Source: Octopus vulgaris (Eukaryota). From it: a stretch of 64,000 bases of DNA. Below are positions 25,701-37,705 of this stretch, piece after piece; within the stretch, counting starts at the first letter, position 1; every line of letters starts with the position of its first letter. The translations under genes were made by a program, and so were the position numbers. The notes under the pieces are model-generated. The model had not been told where the DNA came from. It did not search any database and was given only the letters and a program-made list of their open reading frames with translations. Location: contig OX597818.1 in NCBI GenBank assembly GCA_951406725.2, forward strand, positions 24,056,001 to 24,120,000. The letters run 5' to 3'.

Positions 25701-26599
25701 ATTTTGTTCATCAACTCCGTTAACTAAAGTATAAGTTAAAGCAGCAGTATAAAAAAACAGTTGTAAACATTAGATATTTACCGTGGGAGCAATTTTGTGA
25801 AAATAAAGATAAAATTAGTTAAATGCTTAAGCAGCTACTCCAGTTATTGTTTTCTCATAGACCTTGATGTAATGTTTAATACAGAATGGCTCCTGATTGT
25901 GTGGTTTGACAATCAAACGGGATGTAAAATATCAATAAATATGTTGATTATTCAAGCAAAAGGTAAATACTTGTATGATGGTTTACAGTAAGAGGAAGGT
26001 ACTTCTGATGCAGAACCTTTTCCAGTTAGTAAATGCTCATTTGATAGGTTTACGAGATGCCTAATTTGCACAAATATTAACGTATGTAGTTATGCGCATG
26101 TACACACACACACATTATATATGCCACGTCCTGAAAACCATGTAAAAGTGGACATAACTGTTTTTTATTAAATGACATAGATTGTTCATGTTGGTAAAGT
26201 CTTCCAGGAAATAAAGTTACTACTCAACATAGTCACCATCACAGATGATGCATTTGCACCATTGTCAAACCTAATTCTCAAATCATCTTTGAAAAAATTC
26301 AGGTGTGCACTATTGTACCCACTTTGTCTGTGTCCCTGAACAGGTGGACGTCAGAGGGTGCCAGATGTAGGCTATATGGTAAAGGGGAGACTTATTGGCC
26401 ATCCTAACATCAGTTACTTGATTTGTTATCAAAGATAAAGTTTTCATAAATATTGTTTTAGTTTGTCCAAAGCTAAAGCAAAATTAAAGAATCAATCATA
26501 GCTTTCTGCAAATTGAGCATCAAACTTGATGAAAATAATTTGTATAATAAAAGCATTATTGTGAATAAACTGCATCAAATGAAATTGAAAATAATTAGG

Positions 26600-26840
26600 A
26601 CTGGGACAAAAAAAAGGAAAATGGGGTTTTGTTTTCAGTTAAATGGAATTTATGGATAAAAAACATCAGCACAAAGTTATGGTGACTGTTTCGGGATAAC
26701 AAAGGCATCATTTTCCTTGATTTATGTGGAACAGGATTGTACTCTGAATCCTGAAATACTCAAAAAGCTTAGAGAGGTCATTAAGAAGAGACTAAACAAT
26801 AAACTGAAAATGATCCACACTCACTATGACAATGAATTGT
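26600..26840 (+). pseudogene. mariner transposase remnant
   Basis: Broken translation KVMVTV(FW)DNKGIIFLD...LKKLREVIKKR...HYDN typical of the mariner catalytic domain. Confidence 0.6.
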
Positions 26841-27789
26841 CAAACTTAAACAATATTTATGAAAACTTTTGAAATGAAAAAAAAAAAAAGCTGGAGCTAA
26901 AAAAATCTGCCTGATTACATCCTTCAGGGCATTAATACTATTTTTTTGAAAACTGGGACAAATCTAGAAAAACCAGGATGTCTGTATACTCTAGGTAAAA
27001 ATTTCTTTAACTAAAAAATCAGTGTCAATTATGCCCTCTATGATTCTCGCAGGTGCTTGCTGTCTAAATGGGGCCACCATTTCTTTAATATTTAAAGAAT
27101 TTAAGAAGTGACTTTCTGCTTCAAGGAAAAAAATTCTTTCAGTTTTATTTTCTTTCCATGTTTGTTTATTCACTTTTTTTAATACTTATAACAAAAGATT
27201 ACACTAAAACCTATTTTAACTTCCTCTGAAAAGAAATTTTTGATAACAAAAACATGAAAATAAATTGAAACGTAATATTGTTAATCAAAATACTTGAGAA
27301 GTCCAAAATACGAGAAGTCCAAAATTAGCTAACTTTCAATTTCAACACCAGCTGAAAAGATCATGATTAAATTTTCTGATAAAGGATACCAGAGAAAGTT
27401 AATTGGTTGGTTTAAGAGCCACTCCCCCTCTTTAGTAGATCGTGTTGCAACAGAATCACAGTTTCTGTTGAAATGAACTATGTAGGTCATTGTATATTAA
27501 TCACTTTAACACAAAATAATCTTTACCGATTGCCAATATTTTGTTACATATCTGTGACTTGTTTGCTAATACAGTTGAGTTGCTTACTGTTTTACATATT
27601 AAAATGCAAAGTGCGTCTCATCAGTCAAGCTAGCAGAAGAAGACTAAAACAACAAATGGACTGGGAGTGAGTTACAGTCAGAGACACAAAATGTAGATGA
27701 ACTGATGTAAAAAGTTTTGTTCTTTGCTGGTATTGTAATCAAAATAAAATTGCAAATTTCTTACCTTACAGCTACGCCTACACTTACCT

Positions 27790-28530
27790 TTTACCTGTTT
27801 TAGTCATTAGACTGTAGCCATGCTGGGGCACTGCATTGAAGAACTTTTAATTGAATGAATCGACACCAGTACTTATTTTTTAAAGTTGTTTTGCTGATCT
27901 GCTAAGTTACAAGGACATAAACACACCAACACAAGCACAAAGACACACACACACACAAACATACATATATACATATATATGACAGCTTTCATTTCAGCTT
28001 CCATTTTCCAAAACTAATGTGTGTGTGTCTGTGTGTAATTTATATACAAATGTGTGTGTACATAGGTGCAGGCATGGCTGTGTGGTACGAAGTTTGCTTC
28101 CCAACCACATTGTACTAGGTTCAGTCCCACTGTGTCACACCTTGAGCAAGTGTTCTCTACTGTAGCCTCAGACTGACTAAAGCCTTGTAAGTGGATTTGA
28201 TTGAAGGAAACTGAAAGAAGCCCCTTGTGTGTATGTGAGAAGATGCGGCAAGTAAAATCATTGTCATTCATACATACAGGCTTGTCTTTTACAGGTGCTG
28301 GTGCCACATAAAATGCACTCGTGCCACTGCTGTGGATATGCACCCGTGCCACTGACATGTAAAAAGCACCAAGCACACTCTGTAAAGTGGTTGGCATTAG
28401 GAAGGGCATCCATCCATAGAAACCATGCCACAACAGACAATTGGAATCCGGACAGCTTCTTGGCTGGCCAGCTCCATGTCAAACTGTCCAATCCATGCCA
28501 GCATCGAAAATGGATGTTAAATGATGATGG
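27790..28530. mobile_element. Cluster of SINE fragments and an RTE-type 3' tail
   Basis: Minus SINE body 27790-28010, plus SINE head from ~28065, tail ending atggatgttaaatgatgatg at ~28530. Confidence 0.7.
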
Positions 28531-28547
28531 TATATATAAATCGAACC

Positions 28548-29397
28548 AGTTTGATTCAGACTCCTTGGTACTCTGAGTTTTAAGCATGTGGCTTGTCTTC
28601 AGCCATTGGGCCTGAATGAGAATTCAATTAAAGAGAGTCAATGTTTACTACTGGACATAGGAAGGGGCAGTAGATGTGGGGGTATATATGTATATCTGCG
28701 TGTATACATCTGTACTTATACAAGTGTGTATGTGTGCATTCACACATCCATGTACATGTGCTTGCACACATGCTAGTAATCAGGGGCTTCCTGTTGTTAA
28801 TAAACAAACATTTCCCCAGAGGCCATAAGTATTACAAACTCTTCAACCCCCATAATGTCAAGATAAACTACTCCTGCTTAGACAACATTGGATCTAACAT
28901 CGCACGCATCAACAGACGTAAAAACACACCCACACAACCCCCAACTTCAACCTGCAATTTCTGAAACCCTACTACCTGTCCACTAGGACGATCCTCCTTC
29001 AAGGGCTGTAGTATACAGAACAACCCTTAGACCTTCCAATGGCATTACTAGGCACTATATGGGAATGACAGCCAATGACTTCAAGGGTAGATACTCCCAG
29101 CACTTGCATTCATTTAGATCCAGGGACAGAGAGACGTCCACTTCCCTGTTGCGCTTTCTCTGGAGACTCTGTGACCTCCAAGACAAAACACTAAGCATCT
29201 AGTGGACTATTATCGACATGATGCCACCATATTCACCCAGTTCCCCTAACTGCCAACTGTGACACTGCAAAAAACTGCATGTCATCTACCAACCCATAGT
29301 ATCCATCAACAAGAAATATGAACTCTCATTCAGACCCCAATGACCAAAGATAAGCCACACACATGAAACTTGAGTACCAAGGAGTCTGAATCAAACT
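28548..29397 (+). mobile_element. 5'-truncated Penelope-like element (GIY-YIG, Naiad-like) with inverted hammerhead-bearing pLTRs
   Basis: FLLLINKHFP..KLFNPHNVKINYSC, CNx..CPL, AVVY...HYMG (GIY-YIG), FKGRY.QH..SF, INKKYEL; 28548-28626 is inverted relative to 29320-29397. Confidence 0.85.
28566..28605 (-). ncRNA. Degenerate minimal type I hammerhead ribozyme
   Basis: TGG-CTGAAGA-cAAGC-cacat-GCTT-AAAAC-tcaga-GTA-CCA: stem I, CUGANGA core, stem II, GAAAC with G>A change, GUA cleavage triplet. Confidence 0.65.
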
Positions 29398-29739
29398 CCC
29401 AATAAATGTGTTGAGTGCCCTCCTTTCGTTTGTCTCTGGATTCCTCTCTCTGTCTGAGCCCTTCCCTGCTAGTGGTACCCTCCATTATATCTACAACACC
29501 CCTCTTCCTGGACAAACATAACCAGTTTTAGCTGACTCCCTCCTAACCTAATATTGGAATATCCATATTTTTGCTACACCACTTAAATCTACATCATTTG
29601 ATGACCATAATGCTTATTCTTACAACACTGCTAACACCGGCTCCAACCTCCAGTAGGAGCAACAATCTTAACATGCTTGAATGTTGTCAGGTTAGGCGCT
29701 GAATAACATCTCTCCTCCCCAAACCTCACCCCACATTCC

Positions 29740-32700
29740 CTTCCCAGTTTTCAGAGTTGGCACTGTCAATGTTGGTACACTGAAAGGTAGGTCTAGTGAG
29801 ATTGTAGAGATGCTTGAAAGGAGACAGTTTGATGTATGCTGCATACAAGAAGTAAGATGGAGTGGAGCTTCAGCTAGGGTCCTCACAGGCAAGGAACATA
29901 GGTATAAAGTCTTCTGGCAAGGTAACATGGATGGTGTAGGGGGTGTAGGCATACTCCTTGTGGAGAAATGGGTGGATAAAGGCATAGTGGTTGTTAGGGT
30001 ATGTGATAGAGTGCTTAAGCTCAGGCTAGTCCTGCAGAACAGCACAGCTACAATTATCTCCACCTACGCCCCACATGCAGGACTACCAAATGATCAGAAG
30101 GACCACTTTTATGATACCCTTCTACAGGCTACCTCAAAGACGAGTGGAAATGACCTCATCTTTGTGGCTGGAGATTTTAATGGGCATGTTGGGCGGGAAT
30201 CTAGTATCTTCACTGGAGTACATGGGGGCCATGGTATTGGCATCCAGAACGATGAGGGAACTAGGCTACTGGAGTTCTGTGATGCATGTAACCTTTTACT
30301 CTGCAACACTAACTTCAGGAAGTCAGACAGCCACCCAATAACCTATCAATCAGGTGACTCTGCTAGTCAGATTGATTTCATCCTCACCAGACAGTGGGAC
30401 ACAGGGTTGCTCTTAAATATAAAGATGCTCCTGGGTGAAGAATGTACCCCCCAGCTTAGGCTAGTCATTTGTAACTTTAGGCTCGAGGCCAGAAGGATAC
30501 CAAGAAGCAGACCAATACAAAAAAGGATTTGGAAGCTAAAGAACCCTTCACATGGTCAGAGATTTAGAGACATCCTCATTAAAAAAATTTGATGAGAGGG
30601 AGGAGGAGCTACAGACTTCGGACATAGAAGGTAGCTGGAAATTCCTACGGGACAGCTTACTGAGTGCCTCAGTCCAAGTCTGCTGATGGTGCAAAGTCCC
30701 TTCCAGACCTAGAGTTACATGGTGGTGGAATAGTACAGTAGACAAAGTCATTAGAGCAAAGAAACAGGCCTGGAAAGCCTGGAAGGTTTGGGGTAGCAGG
30801 GAACTGTAACTAGGTAGCCAAAAGGGAGGCTGGGTGGCAGGTATACATAGCCAAGGGTGAAGCGGAAAAGAAGTTTGCCAATGTTCAGTGACGTGAGGAC
30901 CAAAGAACTGAGGGAACTGTAACTAGGTAGCCAAAAGGGAGGCTGGGTGGCAGGTATACATAGCCAAGGGTGAAGCGGAAAAGAAGTTTGCCAATGTTCA
31001 GTGACGTGAGGACCAAAGAACTGAGGTATTTCGGATTGCAAGACAGTGTGTGGAGAAAATTGTGATATCACAGGAGAGAAATGTGTCTGCATGGATGATG
31101 GTGCACTTGCTTTTAATGATTCTGCAAAGAAAGAGGCTTGGAGAAGCCATTATGACTGCTGAATGTGGAGAATGAATGGGAAGAGGAGAGCCTGCCAAGT
31201 GTTGACCCAGTAGAGGGACCAGCTATCCAAATAGACAGCTCCCTAGTAAATAAAGCAATTAAGGGTATGAAGCCAGGAAAAGCCCCTGGCCCATCAGGAA
31301 TCACTGCTGAGATGCTTAAAACATCTGCTGGTGTAGACTATGGCCTAGTCACCTGTATTGTAAACCAAGTAGTTCATGATAGAGTCATACCCAATGACTG
31401 GCGTAGCAGCACCATAGTCAACTGATACTAGGGTAAAGGTGATGCTCTAGATAGAAATAACTACAGGGGTATCAAACTGCTGGATCAGGTGATGAAGGTC
31501 AGAGGGAGGATCATAGCCCATCTCATTAGGGAGAGAGTCTGCTTAGATGAGATGCTGTTCGATTTTGTGCCGGGTAGAAGCACCACTGATGCCATATTCC
31601 TGGCTCGGCAACTGCAGGAGAAATACCTAGCTAAAAATTTCAGGTGTGGAAGCAAGGTTTAGAATCAAAAGGTCTTAGAGTCAATGTAGCAAAGACCAAA
31701 GTTCTAGTAAGTAGGAAGGCAAACTCATCACACACACCCTCAGGTAGGTGGCCCTCCTCGATCTGTAGAAAAGGTGTAGGTAGAAACTCCATAAGATGTA
31801 CCCAATGTAAGCTATGGACACATAAGAGGTGCAGCAACATCAAAGGAAAATTTACCGAGAAGATAGCTTTCGTGTGCGGCAGATGCACAGGGGCAATAGA
31901 CACCACAGATAGCCAGAAAACAGATTCCATCATACTTCTGGGGGAGAAACTAGAAGTAGTTGATAGCTTCTGCTACCTAGGTGACCAAGTTAGTAGTGGG
32001 GGTGGATGCTCAGAGATTGTTACCACTAGAATAAGAATAGCCTGGGCAAAGTTTAGAAAGCTTCTTCCCCTACTGGTGACAAAGGGTCTCTTGCTCAGAG
32101 TGAAAGGTAGATTGTACAATGCATGTGTGCGAACCACCATGCTTCACAACAGTGAAACATGGGCCATTCTGTGGAGGACATGTGTAGGCTCGAAAGAAAT
32201 GAAGCTAGCATGATCTGCTGGATGTGTAATGTCAGTGTGCACACACAACATAGTATAAGCACCCAGAGAGAAATGTTGGACATAAGAAGCATCTGATGTA
32301 GTGTGCAAGAGAGATGTTTGTGCTGGTATGGTCATGTACTACAGATGGATTAGGAGGGATGTGAGAATAAGTGCCACTCCCAAACTGTTGAAGGAATCCG
32401 GGATAGAGGTAGACCCAGGAAGACATGGGATGAGGTAGTCAAGCATGACCTTCATAGGATGGGCCTCGCAGAGGCAATGACGAAAGACCAAAACCTCTGG
32501 AGATATACTGTGACTATGAAGACCAACAAATAATGTGAATCCACAGCGTATCCTACACCAGCTTCACATAACCAGTCCCCCAGGCCATTCAAAATACCTT
32601 GGATCGTAGAGTGACCTGCTGTGCTTGAGGAGACCTATTGAGTCAAGTACATCAACATCAAAATAGAAATCAAATGGAAATTGTAGTTGTAACACCCGTG

Positions 32701-32985
32701 CCAGTGGCATGTAAAAAGCACCATCCAAACGTGGCTGATGCCAGCGCCACCTTGACTGGCTTCCATGCCAACCAATTGTGGCTGTTGCCAGCCTCCTCTG
32801 GCCCCTGTGCCGGTGGCATGCAAAAAGCACCCACTACACTCATTGAGTGGTTGGCGTTAGGAAGGGCATCCAGCTGTAGAAACAGTCAGATCAAACTGGA
32901 GCCTGGTGCAGGCTCCTGGCTTCCCAGACCCAGTCCAACCCATGCTAGCATGGAAAACGGACGTTAAACGACGACGATGATGATA
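29740..32985 (+). mobile_element. RTE-clade LINE (AP endonuclease + RT), pseudogenised, RT core deleted near 31640
   Basis: APE motifs CIQEVRW, AGDFNGH, QIDFIL; RT motifs KAPGPSG, NYRGIKLL, STTDAIF, KTKVL, FCYLG; 3' tail ending (GAC/GAT)n; multiple stops. Confidence 0.92.
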
Positions 32986-33987
32986 TGTGTGTGTGTGTAT
33001 GTATGAGTGTGCGTGTGTGTCACACACACACAAATATATATTTCTTTTATATATATATATATATATATATATTTAATATATATATAAAGGAGATGTACTT
33101 GCATAACAAGTGACCTGATTTGAGATCGTGTAACAAGATCATGAGTCTTATTTTTTGTTTGTTTTTATTTATGCATTTGGGTGTAATCAGATAAAGCAGA
33201 CAGGAATTTGGACTTAGTAAGGGTGCTGACGTCATTAAGAAATGTTTTAGTCTCGACGCTGTCCTTTCTTTAGGTTTAGTGCTTAAATCCTTTTCGGGTA
33301 AACCTTCAGTGAGATGCAGTGTCTAATGACATATGAGTTTCTTTGAGTTTCTTTTAACAAAATCTACTCACAAGGCTTTGGTTGGCTTGGGGCAATGATA
33401 GAGGGCATGCCTAGGGTGTCACAGATGAACTGGGAAGTGAATTTATTAAATACACAGCCATGCTTACGTCTTCACACAGTCACATAGGTGTGTGTGTGCG
33501 CGTGCATGCACACGTGTGTATCTATGTGTGCATGCGTGTGTGCGCGCGCTTGCGCGTGTTAATATGTTTATATATATACTAGTAGCTAAGCCCAGTTTCA
33601 CCCGGTCTGTTTGGATGATGTGGCTGTGATCATTTCCGGTTAGGCATAATCTACAACCGCGTTTCTCAACCATACCATTTCGGGTCTCCTGTTACTATTG
33701 GAGCCTCCAGCTGTGTGAAAATTTCCTGGTTTTTCCACCCTCGTCAGAAAACAGCTTCCTGAAGTTGTTTCCTTGTCAGAAAATAGCTTCAGGAGTTGTG
33801 AAGAACGAATCTGTACGTAGTAGGTTTATGAGAGCTATTCTATTGGACCTCTGTCTAATCATTAAAACATTGATTTAATTATGAACATAGAAAGAAATTA
33901 TACATTAATCTCTATTTTTGTAAGCAGTTGTATCCGTAAATATTTTATTTGCAGACAGCAGAAACTGAAAGAAGATATATGAAATGG

Positions 33988-34025
<38 letters not shown>

Positions 34026-34123
34026 ATGCCTGTACGTGTGTATGTATTTACGATAGTTGATTTATGGAAAAGATTATGTTAAATTTTTGAAATGCAAATA
34101 TGTGAATGAAAAGTTCAGACCTC

Positions 34124-34920
34124 GGATCTTTTCGGTTTGAACGCAGTTTTTTCTAGCGGTGTCATATGAAATTGTCACCCATAATTATGACCCTAGTATC
34201 GATCTATTGCATTTCAATCTGTTTTAGGGTTAGGGGTGGGGGGAAGGGTATCTTTTTTTCTTCACAGGAGTGGCTGTGTAGTAAGTAGCTTGCTTACCAA
34301 CCACATACTTCCGGGTTCAGTCCCACTGCGTGGCACCTTGGGCAAGTGTCTTCTACTATAGCCTCGGGCCGACCAAAGCCTTGTGAGTGGATTTGGTAGA
34401 CGGAAACTGAAAGAAGCCTGTCGTATATGTGTATATATATATATGTGCGTGTATGTTTGTGTGTCTGTGTTTGTCCCCCTAGCATTGCTTGACAACCGAT
34501 GCTGGTGTGTTTACGTCGCCGTCACTTAGCGGTTCGCAAAGGAGACCGAGAGAATGAGTACTGGGCTTACAAAGAATAAGACCCGGGGTCGATTTGATCG
34601 ACTAAAGGCGGTGCTCCAGCATAGCCGCAGTCAAATGACTGAAACAAGTAAAAGAGTAAACCCAATCTGTTTCTTAAACGAGGGACATATTCATACGGCA
34701 CAGAATGTTGTTTTTTACCTCAATAGACGTCATTGATTGGTTGAAATTGCAGAAATTGAAGAAAAAATAACAACAAATATCTTACAAACTATAGAATTTT
34801 CTCAATAAAGCCAAGAGAAAAAGTTGTTTTATAAACACATTCTACCAGTATACGAAGTTTAAAAGTGTTTAGTTACGTGGAAATTATTTTAAAAAACTGC
34901 TGTTCAAACCGAAAAGATCC
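34124..34920. mobile_element. Merlin-like MITE
   Basis: TIRs GGATCTTTTCGGTTTGAAC / GTTCAAACCGAAAAGATCC; perfect 8-bp TSD CAGACCTC (34116-34123, 34921-34928). Confidence 0.85.
34263..34658 (+). mobile_element. Full-length tRNA-derived SINE nested in the MITE
   Basis: Same family as 21333-21701, box B GGTTCAGTCCC, CpGs largely retained. Confidence 0.85.
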
Positions 34921-35389
34921 CAGACCTCTACATGGTAACTAAAGATTAAGATTATTAACCCCACAAAGAGGTGAGTGAAACAAGAGAGACAGCATAACGA
35001 AAGATTTGGCTGACTGTCATCCTGTAATCCCCTTGTTGCTAGCGAAATGGTATATGCCGGCTGTGTGAGCAACTGGTTGTCTTAATGGCGGAACAAATAG
35101 GGGAATTCCATTAGAAAAGTTTTAATCCATTTTCTCGGTCACAACGACCGCAACAACTTATGAGTATTCTGAAATGATTGAAACTGAAAGATATCCAACG
35201 CAAATGCTTCCTAGCCCTTTTACTTATTCTTCATCAGTTCAAATAAAAATGTTTCTTCGTGTAACGAATCATTTCATATTGTTTGGCTTTTGGGATCTTT
35301 TCCTTTTGAAACTGCCGTTCAAAAGGAAAAGATCCGGGTTGGATCCTCGTTTTAAAAAAATTATTTTTTTTACTGCAGCTTAAGACTAT

Positions 35390-35391
<2 letters not shown>

Positions 35392-35444
<53 letters not shown>
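35392..35444. repeat. (GA)n microsatellite
   Basis: Uninterrupted dinucleotide run; many (TA)n/(CA)n runs occur elsewhere. Confidence 0.95.
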
Positions 35445-35447
<3 letters not shown>

Positions 35448-36157
35448 CAAAATGAAGCAAAATGAAATGGTTTCATTTTTCTAACCTTACAGCGCATTCA
35501 ATTATGTAAAAATAGAAGCATGCGAGTTACACTTTCATTTCAGTAATATTTACGTGGAATTATTGCATATCACAATTCTTATTTTCATCTAAGAAAAAGC
35601 ACTTTTAGTTTCTACTGAAGATTTTTAAAAATCAATTTATACAATATTGGAAAGTTTACTTAATCTTAGTTTGCATTCCTTTCTAGAAAAACTTGTTACT
35701 TGTATGACGTTAAAAAAGAATCAGCTTTGAATGCGATGAATTTTCGTTTTATAATGAAAAGGGTTTGTATTGGATTAAACCTTAACAATACAACACTAAC
35801 ATTCCCCACCACACTAAGCATTTTCATGCTTAAACTCGATAATTTCCACATACACACATACGCGTGCATGTTTGCGTGCGCGAATATGTATGTATATGCA
35901 CACGCAAACACGTACATACGATGGGGCTTCTTTGAGTTTCTTTTAACAAAATCCACTCACAAAGCTTTGGTTGGCTTGGGGCAATGATAGAGGGCATGAG
36001 GGTGTCACAGTTGAACCGGGAAGTGAATTTATTAACTACGCAGCCATGCTTACGTCTTCACACAAGCACACACGTATGTGTGCGCGTGCATGTACACGTG
36101 TGTATGTATGTATGTATGTGTGTGTGCGCGCGCGCGCGCGCGCACACGTATTAATAT

Positions 36158-36510
36158 ACTCTTTACTTGTTTCAGTCATTTCACTGCGACCATGCTGGAG
36201 CACCGCCTTTAGTCGAGCAAATCGAACCATGACTTATTCTTTGTAAGCCTAGTACTTATTCTAACGATCTTTTTTGCCGAACCGCTAGTTACGGGGACGT
36301 AAACACACCAGCATTGGTTGTCAAGCGATGTTGGGGGACAAACACATATATATATACATACATATACATATATACGACGGGCTTCTTTCAGTTTCCGTCC
36401 ACCAAATCCACTCACAAGACTTAGGTCGGCCGGAGGCTGAAGTAGAAGACACTTGCCCAAAGTGCCACGTAGGGGGACTGAATCCGGAACCATGTGGTTG
36501 GTAAGGAAGC
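36158..36510 (-). mobile_element. tRNA-derived SINE, 5' truncated
   Basis: Same family as 21333-21701. Confidence 0.85.
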
Positions 36511-36544
36511 TGTTGTGCGTGCTTGTTCTTTTCTGTGTGCACAC

Positions 36545-36660
36545 ACACACAGACAAGAACAAGCATGCACACACAGAGACAAGAACAAGCATGCACACAC
36601 ACAGACAAGAACAAGCATGCACACACAGAGACAAGAACAAGCACGCACGCACGCACGCAC
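36545..36660. repeat. 24-26 bp minisatellite (acacacaga[ga]caagaacaagcatgc, ~4 copies)
   Basis: Direct tandem units without spacers; related single motif at ~17515-17570. Confidence 0.8.
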
Positions 36661-36826
36661 AATCATTGGCTCTCTTCTCGTCCACTTATTTTAGCAGCTG
36701 TCACGGAGGTCAGGAAGATATCCGGAGTGAATTATCGAGTTGTCACGGAAATAGTCGAATGTTTGTTTTGGTTTCGTCGATTTGTAGCGAAGGAACGCCC
36801 TTTATACATTTTTGAGCTGTTAAATA

Positions 36827-37216
36827 GGCGGAAGTAAAGAATGTGGACCACACCCACTTTTTTTTTTTTTTACAGAATCCCCGTAACTTATCGATAGAAT
36901 AAGTACTAGGCTTACAAAGAATAAGTCCCGGGGTCGATTTGCTCGACTAAAGGCGGTGCTCGAGCATGGCCACAGTCAAATGACTGAAACAAGTAAAAGA
37001 GTAGTCCCCATTTTCGAGTTCGGAGATTCTGATTCTGCACAAAAAAAAAAAAAAATTAAAATAAAGTATTTTAAAATTTTAGTTTCCCCATTAAAATACC
37101 GTTCCTTTTTTTTTTTTGCAGAATCTGAATCTCCTTACTCGAAAATGGGTGTTTCTGTAAAAAAACAAAAAAAACAAAAACGAAAGTAGGTGCGGTCCAC
37201 ATTCTTTACGTCCGCC
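36827..37216. mobile_element. Foldback-type MITE with inserted SINE fragment
   Basis: TIRs GGCGGAAGTAAAGAATGTGGACC / GGTCCACATTCTTTACGTCCGCC; internal inverted arms ~37005-37050 vs 37105-37150; SINE 3' piece ~36880-37002; no clear TSD. Confidence 0.7.
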
Positions 37217-37705
37217 AAAAAGGCAGATACAAATCATAGGAATAAACATACTTATAGGAAGTCGTAATAAAGATTTTGATGATGTTATATTAGAAAGCAT
37301 AGTTTATACATGTATTATTAAAGGGAATGGTATTTGGAGAGCAATGTACCCAGTAACCTATTTGAGTCAGAGACATACCTTCAGATGTAGGAAGTTTGAT
37401 CAAACCTATCCTTCATCGAATGAATAATTCAACAATGAGGTTAAAACTATAACATTCTGCTTCCACCTACGTATGTTAGGTTTAAACTATGGATCAAAAT
37501 GGAAGGCAATCAATACCATTGATAAGATTAACGTTGTGGCCTAATTCTGTAAGAACTTGCCTAGATGATTTCGTCATGTATAAAACTGTTAGTAATTCAG
37601 GATCTTTTCTGTGTAGCTGCCACTTTTCAATTTCGTTCCAATTTTGTTCATAACTATATTCTGTGTACATTAAACAATGTGTGTGTGTGTGTGTATATAT
37701 ATATA

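Noticed and set aside
28962-28964. In-frame TGA in the Penelope-like ORF as possible selenocysteine
   Set aside because: It falls at the Arg position of a CNCR-type motif (CGA>TGA decay) and the copy has other lesions.
34224-34236. TTAGGG telomere-like repeats (also CCTAA-like at ~20585-20600)
   Set aside because: Only two or three copies inside transposon sequence; common and uninformative.
36545-36660. Short repeats superficially like a CRISPR array
   Set aside because: Contiguous tandem units with no unique spacers, eukaryotic context, no cas genes.
37360-37420. Possible further hammerhead remnant on the minus strand (CGATGAAGG...CTGAAGGTATGTC)
   Set aside because: Both core halves are mutated and there is no partner repeat to reconstruct it.
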